Part shown: positions 33,207 through 42,517 of the stretch, one piece after another
Numbering within the stretch: the stretch's first letter is position 1
How the letters are laid out: every line of letters starts with the position of its first letter
Assembly: GCA_028877265.1 (NCBI GenBank)
Contig: JAPPGX010000191.1
Location: 66,144-130,143 of the forward strand
From: Acidobacteriota bacterium
Lineage (GTDB): Bacteria; Acidobacteriota; Vicinamibacteria; Marinacidobacterales; Marinacidobacteraceae
Direction of reading: 5' to 3'
Length of the DNA: 64,000 nucleotides
Translations under genes and position numbers: made by a program
Notes under the pieces: generated by a model
Databases searched by the model: none
The model's input: only the letters and a program-made list of their open reading frames with translations
What the model was told of the DNA's origin: nothing

Positions 33207-34916
33207 ATGAACAGAAAACGACTTTTTCTGACCATGGCGAGTGCGGGGTTGGGACTCGCGCTGCTGCTCGGACCGGTGCTCCATGAGCCCGCCGAAGGCG
33301 GCGGGATGAGCGTCAACGGGATGGTGGTGACTTCTCATCCGCTCGCCGCCCAGGCCGGGCTCCGGATGCTCCAGGCCGGCGGGAACGCCTTTGACGCGGC
33401 GGTGGCGAGCGCGGCCGTGAAGGCGGTCGTGGAACCCCTCATGTCCGGCCTCGGTGGCGTGGGCGGCTACGCGCTGATCCATGACGCCGAAAAGGGGGAG
33501 ATCCGGTCGGTGGACTTCATCGGTGCCGCGCCCGCAGCGGCCGAACCCGAGGCCTTCACTGCGGGCAGCCGTCTCTGGGACCGGACCCATCCCGCCCGCG
33601 ACAGCTTCCTGGCGCCGCTCGTTCCCGGAAATCTCGCTGGCTGGGCGGCGCTGCTCGAGGAATACGGCTCCATGTCCTGGGCGGAGGTCCTGGCTCCGGC
33701 GATCGAGTACGCCGAGGGTGGCTTCGCGGTGTCCCCGGCGGTTCACGGTCCATTCGGAAGCAGCGGTTTCGGCGCCGATGTCGCCCGCTATCCCTACGGC
33801 GCCAGCATCTTCTTCAAGGACGGGAAGCCTTGGCCCGTGGGCGAGGTCTTGAAGCAACCCGATCTGGCCAAGACCTTCAAGGCCATCGCCGCCGACGGGC
33901 CGGGGGCCTTTTATGGCGGGCCGATCGCGGAATCCGTCGTGAACTTCTTCCAGCAGAACGGGGGCATCCTCACCGTTGAGGACTTCGCGAACTACCGGGC
34001 GCGGTGGAGCGAGCCGCTCTCGACCACCTACCGCGGCTACACGGTGTACAGCAACCCCCCCGGCGGCTCGGGGATGACGATCCTGCAGACCCTGAACATC
34101 CTGGAGCAGTTCGACGTGCCGGCGCTCGAGCACAACTCCGAGGAGTTCGTCCATCTGGTTGCGGAAGCGATGAAGCTGGCCTTCGTGGACGAGGACACCT
34201 GGAACACCGGCAAGGACTACGCCGACATTCCGCTCGACCGGCTGCTCTCGAAGGAGTATGCGGAGCAGCAGGCGGCTCGGATCGATCTCTCCCGGGCACA
34301 GTTCCATGCGGCGGTCCGTCCCGAGAGCGACGCTCCCACCGCGGTGGAGCACACCACGCACCACACCGTGGTGGACAAGGACCACAACGTGGTGACGATC
34401 ACCCAGACGCTGATGCTCCCCGCCGGGGTGGTGGTGCCCGAGACCGGGGTCATATTCAACAACGGCATGTCCTACTTCAGCCTCGATCCGGAGAGCGTGA
34501 ACCTGATCGAAGGCGGCCAGCGCCCGCGCTTCGTGATGAGCCCGACGATCGTGACCCGCTACGACAAACCCTATTTCGCGCTCGGGTCGGCGGGCGGCTG
34601 GACGATTCCCCAGACGATCCTGCAGGTGCTGGTGCGGGCCCTCGACTACGACATGGACGCGGCGGCGGCGGTGGATGCGCCGCGTTTCGTTGTCCGCTAC
34701 CTGGCGAACTCGATTCCCTACATGGATGGGACCGACCTCGTGCTGGAGAAGGATTTCTCGGACGAGGTCCGGGAGGCGCTGAACGCCAAGGGGCACCGCC
34801 TCCGTGAGCCTCCCAACCGGATCGGGATGCTGAACGCGATCAGGATCTTCCCTGGCTCGGGAGTACTGTCCGGGGGGCCTGACAAGCGCCGCGAGGGGGC
34901 CGCGGCAGGCTGGTAG
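33207..34916 (+). CDS. ggt: Gamma-glutamyltransferase
   Basis: Blocks are 'SHPLAAQAGLRMLQAGGNAFDAAVA', the autoprocessing/catalytic Thr region 'EHTTHHTVVDKDHNVVTITQT', and 'GSAGGWTIPQT'. I chose the ATG at 33207, which precedes a signal-like N terminus. Confidence 0.85.
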   Translation: MNRKRLFLTMASAGLGLALLLGPVLHEPAEGGGMSVNGMVVTSHPLAAQAGLRMLQAGGNAFDAAVASAAVKAVVEPLMSGLGGVGGYALIHDAEKGEIRSVDFIGAAPAAAEPEAFTAGSRLWDRTHPARDSFLAPLVPGNLAGWAALLEEYGSMSWAEVLAPAIEYAEGGFAVSPAVHGPFGSSGFGADVARYPYGASIFFKDGKPWPVGEVLKQPDLAKTFKAIAADGPGAFYGGPIAESVVNFFQQNGGILTVEDFANYRARWSEPLSTTYRGYTVYSNPPGGSGMTILQTLNILEQFDVPALEHNSEEFVHLVAEAMKLAFVDEDTWNTGKDYADIPLDRLLSKEYAEQQAARIDLSRAQFHAAVRPESDAPTAVEHTTHHTVVDKDHNVVTITQTLMLPAGVVVPETGVIFNNGMSYFSLDPESVNLIEGGQRPRFVMSPTIVTRYDKPYFALGSAGGWTIPQTILQVLVRALDYDMDAAAAVDAPRFVVRYLANSIPYMDGTDLVLEKDFSDEVREALNAKGHRLREPPNRIGMLNAIRIFPGSGVLSGGPDKRREGAAAGW

Positions 34917-35001
34917 CCGCCCGGGACCGCCGGCCTCTCTCGTTTCCGGACCCGCGTCCTCTGAAATAGACTCGGCTCATGGGGCTCGGCAGAATGTCCC
35001 G

Positions 35002-36531
35002 GTGGGCTTGAGGAATCGCGTTCTCCTGGCGGCGATCCTTCTTGGCGGGGGATTTGTGTTTCCGGCGGCGGGCGGTTGCGCCCTGCGGTCGGGAGGTTCC
35101 CCCGACCTGGCGCAGGAGGCGGCCCCCGAACTGCCCTCCGACTTTGCCGAGAATCCAGCCAGCGGAGCCCGCCAGGCGCAGGAGTGGTGGCGGGCGTTCG
35201 CCGATCCCGCGCTCGACCACGTGGTCGAATCGGTACTGGACTCCAATTTCTCCGTGGCGGAAGCGGTAGCGCGGGTCGAGCAGGCCCGAACGCGGGCCCG
35301 GCTGGCCGACGCGGCGATCCTGCCCACGGTCGGAGCGAGCCTCACCGCGGAAACCTTCGACCTGCCCACGAACGCCGCGATCGGCGCCCAACTCGAGGAC
35401 CTCGGTCTCGATTTCCCGCTGCCCGACCGGCTGGGCTTCCCGACCTATACCCTGGGCGCGGACTTTGCCTACGAAGCGGATTTCTGGGGCCGCGTCCGGC
35501 ACACCGCACTCGCGGCGGGATCCGAACTGCTGGCCTCGGAGTTCGACCTGCGGGTCGCCCGCATCGGCATCCTCGCCGAGACGATCTCGGCCTACTTCGA
35601 AATCGGCCATCTCCGGCAACAACTCGCCATCGCTCGAGGGCACGTGGAACTGCTCGAGGAACGCGAGCGGCTGGTCGAGAGCCGCTACGAACGTGGGCTT
35701 GCCGTCTCGCTCGAACTGCACGGCGTGCGTCAGGCTCTCTCGAGCGCCCGGGCCGGCGTGCCGCAGGTCGAGAATCAACTCGCCGAGACCGAGTCGCGGC
35801 TCGCCGTGCTGCTGGGAGGCTACCGGGAGGATGTCGCGGCGATCCTTCCCGAATCCCTCTCCCCGGAATCTCCAGCCGAACCGGTGCCCGCAGGCATTCC
35901 GGCCGACCTCCTTTCGCAGCGCCCGGACGTGCAGGCCGCGGGTCACCGGCTGGAAGCCGCCGGACACACCGTCGAAGCCCGTCGGGCCGCGTTGATGCCG
36001 CAGCTTTCGCTCTCCGGATCCATTGGACTCCGGAGTACGGACGCCGGAGGCCTCTTCGACGTCAAGCAGTGGTTCACGAACCTCGCCGGCAACCTCCTTC
36101 GTCCGGTGTTCGACGGCGGCCGGCTCGCGAGCGGCGTGGAACTGGCCGAGGCCCGCTTCGACGAGTTGGCGGCGGCCTACGGCCGGACCATCGTTACCGC
36201 GGTCAACGAGGTGGAAGCGGCCCTGGCCACCCTCAGGAACGAAGGCCGGCGGCAGGAATCTCTCGCCGCGCAGCACGAGGAGGCCCGCGCCTCCGTCGAA
36301 GCTCAGTCCAGGCGCTATGAGGCGGGCATCAGCGGCTATGGCGATCTGCTCGATGCGAATGCCAGACTGCTGGATGCGGAATCGGCGCTCGCGGGTTCGG
36401 CGCGGAACCTGGCGCTCGCCCGCCTCGCCATCCACCGGGCTCTGGGGGGCGCCTGGACCGCCCCGGACGAGATGGCCAGCGCGCCGGCGAGCACGCCGGA
36501 TGCCCGCGCCAAAGGACCGGCCGACCGATGA
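35002..36531 (+). CDS. RND efflux outer-membrane factor lipoprotein (NodT family)
   Basis: A lipobox is present in LLGGGFVFPAAGGC. 'WWRAFADPALDHVVESVLDSNFSVAEAVARVEQAR' is the typical NodT N-terminal repeat. The second repeat reads 'LLSQRPDVQAAGHRLEAA'. Confidence 0.85.
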   Translation: MGLRNRVLLAAILLGGGFVFPAAGGCALRSGGSPDLAQEAAPELPSDFAENPASGARQAQEWWRAFADPALDHVVESVLDSNFSVAEAVARVEQARTRARLADAAILPTVGASLTAETFDLPTNAAIGAQLEDLGLDFPLPDRLGFPTYTLGADFAYEADFWGRVRHTALAAGSELLASEFDLRVARIGILAETISAYFEIGHLRQQLAIARGHVELLEERERLVESRYERGLAVSLELHGVRQALSSARAGVPQVENQLAETESRLAVLLGGYREDVAAILPESLSPESPAEPVPAGIPADLLSQRPDVQAAGHRLEAAGHTVEARRAALMPQLSLSGSIGLRSTDAGGLFDVKQWFTNLAGNLLRPVFDGGRLASGVELAEARFDELAAAYGRTIVTAVNEVEAALATLRNEGRRQESLAAQHEEARASVEAQSRRYEAGISGYGDLLDANARLLDAESALAGSARNLALARLAIHRALGGAWTAPDEMASAPASTPDARAKGPADR

Positions 36532-37745
36532 ATCGAACGAAGGGATTCATCCTGGCGGCGATCATCCTGCTGGGATCGTTCGGGATCGCAACCCTGCTGA
36601 TCGCGCAGCGGCCGGAGCCCGAGCGGCGCGAACCTCCCTCCCGGATTCCGTTCGTCGTCACGGCGCCCGCGGTCGCGGGTTCGGGGCCGATCCCGGTCCA
36701 CGGCGCCGGGACGGTCCGGCCCCGCGTCCAGGTGGAGGTGGCCGCCGGGGTGAGTGGACGGGTCGTCCGGGTTGATCCGGGCTTCGAGAGCGGCGGCCGG
36801 GTCAGCGAGGGTCAGGCGCTCTTCCGCCTCGACGACGCCGACTACCGCTTCCGGGTGGAGCAGGCCCGTTCCGGCGTCGCCGTACAGCAGGTGGAACTGC
36901 TGAAGGTCGAGGAGGAAGCGCGGATCGCCCGCGAGCAGTACGAAGCGTTCCAGAGCCGCCGTGGCGCCGCCGGGGACGCGGAAGCGAGTCCCCTGGCGCA
37001 CTGGGAGCCGCAGCTCGAGGCGGCGCGGGCCGGTGTGGAACGGGCCCGCGCGCTCCTCGCGGAAGCCGAACTCCTGCTCGCGCGAACCGAAGTTCGGGCG
37101 CCCTTCGACGCCGTGGTGCGCTCCGAGAGCGTCGGGGTCGGACAGTTCGTGACCGCAGGGGTCGGCGTCGGCCGGATTTACGCCTCCGATGCGGTCGAGA
37201 TCGTCGTCCCGCTGTCCGACGCCGATGCGGCGCTCGTCCCGGGTCTGTGGGACCTGAGGCCGGGAGTCGCGGATCGTCGGGCGGCGGCCCGGGTCACCGC
37301 GGACTACGGGACCGGCGCCTATGCCTGGGACGGGTACGTGGACCGGGTCGAGGCCGCACTGGATGAAACGACGCGCACCCTCGATGTGATCGTGCGCGTT
37401 CCGAACCCCTTCACGGGTGGTTCCCGGGTGCAAGCGGGAGAAGCGAGCGCGGACGCCGGATCCGCGCCGCCGCTCCTGATCGGCCAGTTCGCGAACGTCG
37501 AGATATCGGGGATCGCGCCGGAGGAGTACTTCCGGATCCGGCGGCTGGGGCTCCGGCCGGGCAACGAGGTCTGGGCGGTGGACGGCGAGGCGGTGACCAT
37601 CGTTCCGGTCCGCGTGCTGCAGCGCTTCGACGACACCGTCTACGTCACCGGCGGGCTGCAGGAAGGCCAGGAGGTAGTCCTGAGTGGCATTCAGTTCGCG
37701 ACCGAGGGACTGAGGGTGCGGACCGCCGCGAACCCGGACCCTTGA
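36528..37745 (+). CDS. RND efflux periplasmic adaptor (membrane fusion protein)
   Basis: The start overlaps the OMF stop as ATGA. An N-terminal TM anchor is followed by 'VSEGQALFRLDDADYR', a coiled-coil hairpin, 'TEVRAPFDAVV', and a beta-barrel/MPD ending 'VVLSGIQ'. Confidence 0.8.
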   Translation: MNRTKGFILAAIILLGSFGIATLLIAQRPEPERREPPSRIPFVVTAPAVAGSGPIPVHGAGTVRPRVQVEVAAGVSGRVVRVDPGFESGGRVSEGQALFRLDDADYRFRVEQARSGVAVQQVELLKVEEEARIAREQYEAFQSRRGAAGDAEASPLAHWEPQLEAARAGVERARALLAEAELLLARTEVRAPFDAVVRSESVGVGQFVTAGVGVGRIYASDAVEIVVPLSDADAALVPGLWDLRPGVADRRAAARVTADYGTGAYAWDGYVDRVEAALDETTRTLDVIVRVPNPFTGGSRVQAGEASADAGSAPPLLIGQFANVEISGIAPEEYFRIRRLGLRPGNEVWAVDGEAVTIVPVRVLQRFDDTVYVTGGLQEGQEVVLSGIQFATEGLRVRTAANPDP

Positions 37746-37854
37746 ACCTGCGGGACGTTGTAAGGCCCGGAGCGCAGGTCGATCGCCCGCAGTCGGATCC
37801 GCCGGGGTGGGGCGGAGGAGGAAGGACCTTGGGCGAGAATGCCGGTCAGGACGC

Positions 37855-38850
37855 ATGAGTGAAGACGTGCTCTCCCCGTTCCCGGAGGGTTGGTATTTCG
37901 TTACCACCCGGGGATCACTGGAGAAGGCGAGGCTCATCCAGAAGACCTGGATGGGAAAGGACATCGTCGTCTGGTGCGACGACGCCGGCGGAATCTCCGT
38001 GGCCGAGTCGGTCTGTCCTCACCTGGGGTCCGAACTGGGCCCCGCCGCCGGCGGCCGAGTGCGGGATGGCCGTCTCGTGTGTCCTTTTCACGGCTACGAG
38101 TTCGACGTCAGCGGGCAATGCGTCGCCACGCCCTTCGCCCCGCCGCCGAAGACCGCGAGGCTGAGGTCGTTCGAGACTCGGGAGGTCCTGGGCATCGTCT
38201 TCGCCTGGTGGGGAATCGACGGACGGCCCCCGCAGTGGAGCCTTCCCGAGGACCCGCCGGCCGGCGCCGACTGGTGCGAACCGGCGTTCCGGACTCTCCG
38301 GTTTCGGGGGCACCCCCAGGAAACGAGCGAGAACGCCGTGGACATGGCGCACCTCCGGTACGTGCACGGCTACGGCAACGTCGGCCGGGTCGGCAAGGTA
38401 ACGGTGGACGGCGCGTATCTGCGGAGCTGCTTTGATTTCAAGCGCACCCAGCGCATCGCCGGAGCCATCAATCTCACCTTCGACGTCTCCGCCACCGCGC
38501 ATGTCGTCGGACTCGGATACTCGCTCGTGGAGTTCCACGAGCGCTCCATTGGAATGGACGGACGCCTCTGGGTCCTTGCGACGCCCGTCGACGGCACGCT
38601 CATCGACCTGGTGCTGGTCGGACAGTTGCGAAGAATCCGGAAACCGAAGCGGCTGATCGTCGGGTTGCGGTTCCTGCCGCCTGCTCTCCGTACCGGGACC
38701 ATGAACAAGCTGATGCTGTTCTTCCAAAGGCACGACGTCATGCAGGACGTGGAGATCTGGAGCCGGAAGCGGTACCGGTCGCGCCCGAGCCTCAGCCGGG
38801 CCGACGGCGAGATCGGGTTGTACCGGCGCTACTGCAGGCAGTTCTACTAG
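37855..38850 (+). CDS. Rieske [2Fe-2S] non-heme-iron oxygenase (KshA / Neverland-like architecture)
   Basis: The Rieske motif is 'CPHLGSELG...(x19)...CPFHGYEF'. The mononuclear iron motif E-x3-D-x2-H-x4-H lies in 'ENAVDMAHLRYVHG'. The N terminus 'GWYFV' is typical for this class. I chose the ATG at 37855. Confidence 0.8.
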   Translation: MSEDVLSPFPEGWYFVTTRGSLEKARLIQKTWMGKDIVVWCDDAGGISVAESVCPHLGSELGPAAGGRVRDGRLVCPFHGYEFDVSGQCVATPFAPPPKTARLRSFETREVLGIVFAWWGIDGRPPQWSLPEDPPAGADWCEPAFRTLRFRGHPQETSENAVDMAHLRYVHGYGNVGRVGKVTVDGAYLRSCFDFKRTQRIAGAINLTFDVSATAHVVGLGYSLVEFHERSIGMDGRLWVLATPVDGTLIDLVLVGQLRRIRKPKRLIVGLRFLPPALRTGTMNKLMLFFQRHDVMQDVEIWSRKRYRSRPSLSRADGEIGLYRRYCRQFY

Positions 38851-38872
38851 CGCGGCCAGGCGCCCGCCTGGC

Positions 38873-40252
38873 TCAGGCGCTCCGGAACCGCCAGCCGTAC
38901 ATCACCCGGCCGTAGAAGTTGAACCACTTTCTGGCCTCCGGGTCCTCGAACGGATAGTCCGCGCCGAGCTGTCTCGCCGTGACGAGGCCGGACACGAAAC
39001 AGGTCTCCTGGCTGTTGACCAGGGTGTGCGCGCCACAGTGCCAACTCCGCCGCTTTCCCTGGACGAAGCGAAACAACTGGGTCAGGAAGGCGACGTGAGG
39101 CACGTCGTGCACGATGTGCTGAAACCACCACCTCTTGACGATCCTGCTCTCGTCGATACGGCTGATCGGGTTGTAGGTCACGAGACACGGCTTGTCCGAC
39201 GTGTTCGCCCAGGGCTGCTGGTTGTGCATGATGTAGGTGATCTCGTAGTTGTCGGGCCGCGCGCCGTACTGCTCGATGTGGTTGCTCCGGGTGGCGAGCG
39301 GCCTGGCCTCGTTGTCGGGGAGGACCGAGGCGTCCGAATGCACGACCGTGTGGTTGTGCAGTTCGCTTTCGTACCGGATCGAGGAGAGGAGCCAACCCTC
39401 CAGCCGCGTCGGCCTGTCGAGGAGCATCAGCGTCTGGTTCGCGTTGCACGCGAAGACGACTTCGTCGAAGGTTTCGGTCCTTCCGTCCTCGTCCTCCACG
39501 ACAACCTCGTTACGGCGCCGGTGGACCCTTCGCACCGGCCGGTTCAGATAGATCTTCTCGCGAAAGGCTGCGGACAGATCCCGGTAGATCCGCCGGGTGC
39601 CCTGATCCCAGGTCTGCATCGGCGTCGCGGTCTCGATGTCGAAGAAGTCCAGGTACCGCGAAAAGAGCGACGCCGGCATGTCGAACACGTTCGTCGCCAT
39701 CAGGAAGTTGACGAACATGGGCTTCAGGACCTTGTACCGGAAGTCCCCCGAGTACCTTCCCAGGTTCAGCAGCGCTCCCATGCTGACGTAGTTGAACGGG
39801 TTAAGGGAGCTGAGCAGCTTCGACCTCGAGACGTTGAGCCGGCCGAACCACTTCAGACGTCTCAGGAGACGCTGGAACTTCTGGATTTCCGGTTGCAGTT
39901 GCCTCCTGATGTCGGAGTCGAAGTCGTGGGCATAGATTCCGCCTCGATACTTCACGCTGTAGTTGAACCGCGTTTCGAGCAGCTCGATGCCGTGCTGTTG
40001 CATGAGCAGGACGAAGTGGTGGTATGCCGACGGTATGCACGCGGTGACCGAGATATCGAACGGCACCGTGCTGCCGTCGTCCTGCGGCATGTCCGCAGTG
40101 ATCGCATTGCCGCCGAGCTGCGCCTGCGCTTCGAAGAGCCGAAAATCGAAACGGTCCCGGTGGCGGTTGAGCGCCCACGCCGTCCCGAGCCCCGAGGCGC
40201 CCCCACCGACAATGGCAACCCTTCTCGGCGCGCCGCCCTTCGCTTCACCCAC
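38873..40252 (-). CDS. Rossmann-fold NAD(P)/FAD-dependent oxidoreductase (amine-oxidase/COG2907-like)
   Basis: The N-terminal dinucleotide motif is 'RVAIVGGGASGLGTAWAL...LFEAQAQLGGN'. The protein is 459 aa. The C-terminal 'WHCGAHTLVNSQETCFVSG' resembles the COG2907 tail. Confidence 0.7.
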   Translation of the reverse strand: MGEAKGGAPRRVAIVGGGASGLGTAWALNRHRDRFDFRLFEAQAQLGGNAITADMPQDDGSTVPFDISVTACIPSAYHHFVLLMQQHGIELLETRFNYSVKYRGGIYAHDFDSDIRRQLQPEIQKFQRLLRRLKWFGRLNVSRSKLLSSLNPFNYVSMGALLNLGRYSGDFRYKVLKPMFVNFLMATNVFDMPASLFSRYLDFFDIETATPMQTWDQGTRRIYRDLSAAFREKIYLNRPVRRVHRRRNEVVVEDEDGRTETFDEVVFACNANQTLMLLDRPTRLEGWLLSSIRYESELHNHTVVHSDASVLPDNEARPLATRSNHIEQYGARPDNYEITYIMHNQQPWANTSDKPCLVTYNPISRIDESRIVKRWWFQHIVHDVPHVAFLTQLFRFVQGKRRSWHCGAHTLVNSQETCFVSGLVTARQLGADYPFEDPEARKWFNFYGRVMYGWRFRSA

Positions 40253-40431
40253 ATTCCTACTCTACCTTTGGGGTGCGGCCGCCCCGTCCGCTCGCCGCCG
40301 CCGCAGTAGGCGGTCCGGGGACCCTGCCGACCCCTTGCCCGCCCGCTCCATCGACTAGACTCTGACCCGGACCATCCAGTGGCGGCGGATCGGTGGGGCT
40401 GTCGAGCCGCCTCGGCTGGAGGTTGAGCACC

Positions 40432-42450
40432 ATGAGCGAGGGCACCCGGTTTCCGATCCGAATCGCCGAGGAGTTGATCCTCCTCATGCTGGACGAGCAG
40501 AGCGGCTACCTCGAGATGGTTCCGAACTGGGACTTCTCCTGTGTCATGGCCGGGGCCGTGCTCGCCGACCTGGCCCTGGAGCGTCGCATCGAGACCGACC
40601 TGGAGCGGTTGTACCTGGTCGATCCCTCACCGACCGGAGATGAGTTGCTCGACCCGACGCTCAAGGACATCGCCGAATCCGACGAAAAATCGGACGCCCA
40701 GTTCTGGATCGAACGGAACACCCGCCAAGCCGACGAAATCGTCGCAGCCGCCCTCGAGCGCCTGGTGGAGCGGAACATCCTTACCCACGAGAGCGGCGGA
40801 TTCTGGGGGCTCTCGCGCTCTGTCGCCCGTTCAGGGACTTTTCCGACCCAGGCTGTCGCGACCCGCCGGGAATCCAAGGTGAGGGTCCTGAGCGTCATCC
40901 TGAACGACGAGATCCCGGACCCGCGGGACGCCATCCTGGTCGCGCTGATGCACACCTGCGGCGGCTTCAAGCTGCTGCTGGAGGAAGAGGACTACGAAGA
41001 GCGGCTCGCCCGCATCGAACTCGTCGCCAAGCTGGACCTCATCGGACGGACGGTCGCCGCCGCCGTGAAGGACAGCACGGCGAGGCCCAAGACCCGTCGC
41101 GTCGTTCAGACGAAGCCCATTCCCAAGCCTGGGTATCTCGTACTGCTACAGCGCGACTTCCTCTCCGGCAACATCTCGAAGGCGATGTACGGCATGTATC
41201 GAAAACACGGGCCGGTCGTCAGGATGCCCTTCAAGATCCGCGGCAAGCCCGTCGTTTCGTTGATGGGTGCCGATGTCAATCACTGGGTCAATCGGCACGG
41301 ACGGTTCTATCTCCGCTCGAAGGACTACATCGAAGGGCTGGAGCACGCGTTTGGCGCATCCCGGAGTCTCCCCGGAATGGATGGCGCCGAACACTATCGA
41401 ATGCGCAGGGAACTCCAGACTGCGTATTCCCGCGCCACGCTCGCGCAGCGGCTGCCGGAGCTGATCGACGACTGCCGGAAATCGCTGAGCCGTTGGAAGG
41501 AAGGGGATGTCTTCCGCGCCACCGAGAGCTTTCAGAACCACATCAGCAGTCAGATCTCCAATTTCGCGATGGGAGTGGATTGCAGCCACTATGTCGACGA
41601 ACTGTTGGCCTTTGAACACCGTGCACTGATAACGCGGGTCCAGGGCGCATTGCCGGATTTCATGCTGTCCACCCCAAGAATGAAACGGTATGGGAAGCGT
41701 GTCAGGGAACTCCAGGAGGCGATCACCGCGGGACACACGACGGCGCTGCGCAAGGGAAAGCCCCGGGATCTGGCCGACGCGATTCTCGATCTCCACAAGA
41801 GGGACCCGCAGTTCCTTCCCGAAACGGACCTCACCTTTCCCTTCGTGGCTTCCATGGTTGCGAGCATCTATCTCGGCAGCGGACTGGCCTTCACTGTTTA
41901 CAACATGGTTCGAAACCCGGACGTGTACGCGAGGGTCCGGAGCGAGGCCGAGTCGCTGTTCGGCAACGGTCGTGAACTTGCGGGAGATGACTTCAATCAC
42001 CAGAGCATCGACGTCACGGTGCGTCTCTGCATGGAATCCTCGCGTATGTACCCGGTGATTCCATGGCAGTTGAGAACGGTCATGAACGAGTGCATCGTCA
42101 GTGGTTACGAGATACCGCCGAAGACGATGTTGCTGATTTGCCAGACTGCGCCGCACTATGCCGAGGATCTGTACCGGGATCCGTTGAAGTTCGATATCGA
42201 TCGGTACTTGCCGGACCGGGCCGAGCATCTGCAACCGGGCGCCTATGCGCCCTACGGCCTGGGTACGCACATGTGCCTCGGCCACCGGTGGGTGGAACTT
42301 CAGATGGCCGTCAACGTCCTGCTCATCGCGCATCACCTGCAGCTCGAAGTGGTGCCCGGCAACTACAAGATGGGAATCAATCCGTTCCCGACCTTGGCCC
42401 CCAACAGGAAGCTGAAGTTCCGCGTCGCCGGGGTCCCGCGTCCCGTGTGA
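40432..42450 (+). CDS. Fusion protein: an N-terminal GPP34/GOLPH3-like domain joined to a C-terminal cytochrome P450
   Basis: GGAGG lies 10 nt upstream of the ATG at 40432. GPP34 blocks are 'IAEELILLMLDEQSGYL', 'VMAGAVLADLALERRI' and 'PDPRDAILVALMHTCG'. P450 blocks are the ExxR 'ESSR' followed by 'MYP' and the heme-Cys loop 'YAPYGLGTHMCLGHRW'. Confidence 0.8.
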   Translation: MSEGTRFPIRIAEELILLMLDEQSGYLEMVPNWDFSCVMAGAVLADLALERRIETDLERLYLVDPSPTGDELLDPTLKDIAESDEKSDAQFWIERNTRQADEIVAAALERLVERNILTHESGGFWGLSRSVARSGTFPTQAVATRRESKVRVLSVILNDEIPDPRDAILVALMHTCGGFKLLLEEEDYEERLARIELVAKLDLIGRTVAAAVKDSTARPKTRRVVQTKPIPKPGYLVLLQRDFLSGNISKAMYGMYRKHGPVVRMPFKIRGKPVVSLMGADVNHWVNRHGRFYLRSKDYIEGLEHAFGASRSLPGMDGAEHYRMRRELQTAYSRATLAQRLPELIDDCRKSLSRWKEGDVFRATESFQNHISSQISNFAMGVDCSHYVDELLAFEHRALITRVQGALPDFMLSTPRMKRYGKRVRELQEAITAGHTTALRKGKPRDLADAILDLHKRDPQFLPETDLTFPFVASMVASIYLGSGLAFTVYNMVRNPDVYARVRSEAESLFGNGRELAGDDFNHQSIDVTVRLCMESSRMYPVIPWQLRTVMNECIVSGYEIPPKTMLLICQTAPHYAEDLYRDPLKFDIDRYLPDRAEHLQPGAYAPYGLGTHMCLGHRWVELQMAVNVLLIAHHLQLEVVPGNYKMGINPFPTLAPNRKLKFRVAGVPRPV

Positions 42451-42517
42451 CCGCGGGGGCGCGTAACGGCGCGGCCGACCCCGGAGTGTTTCTCAGGACT
42501 CGCTTCCACACGTATCG

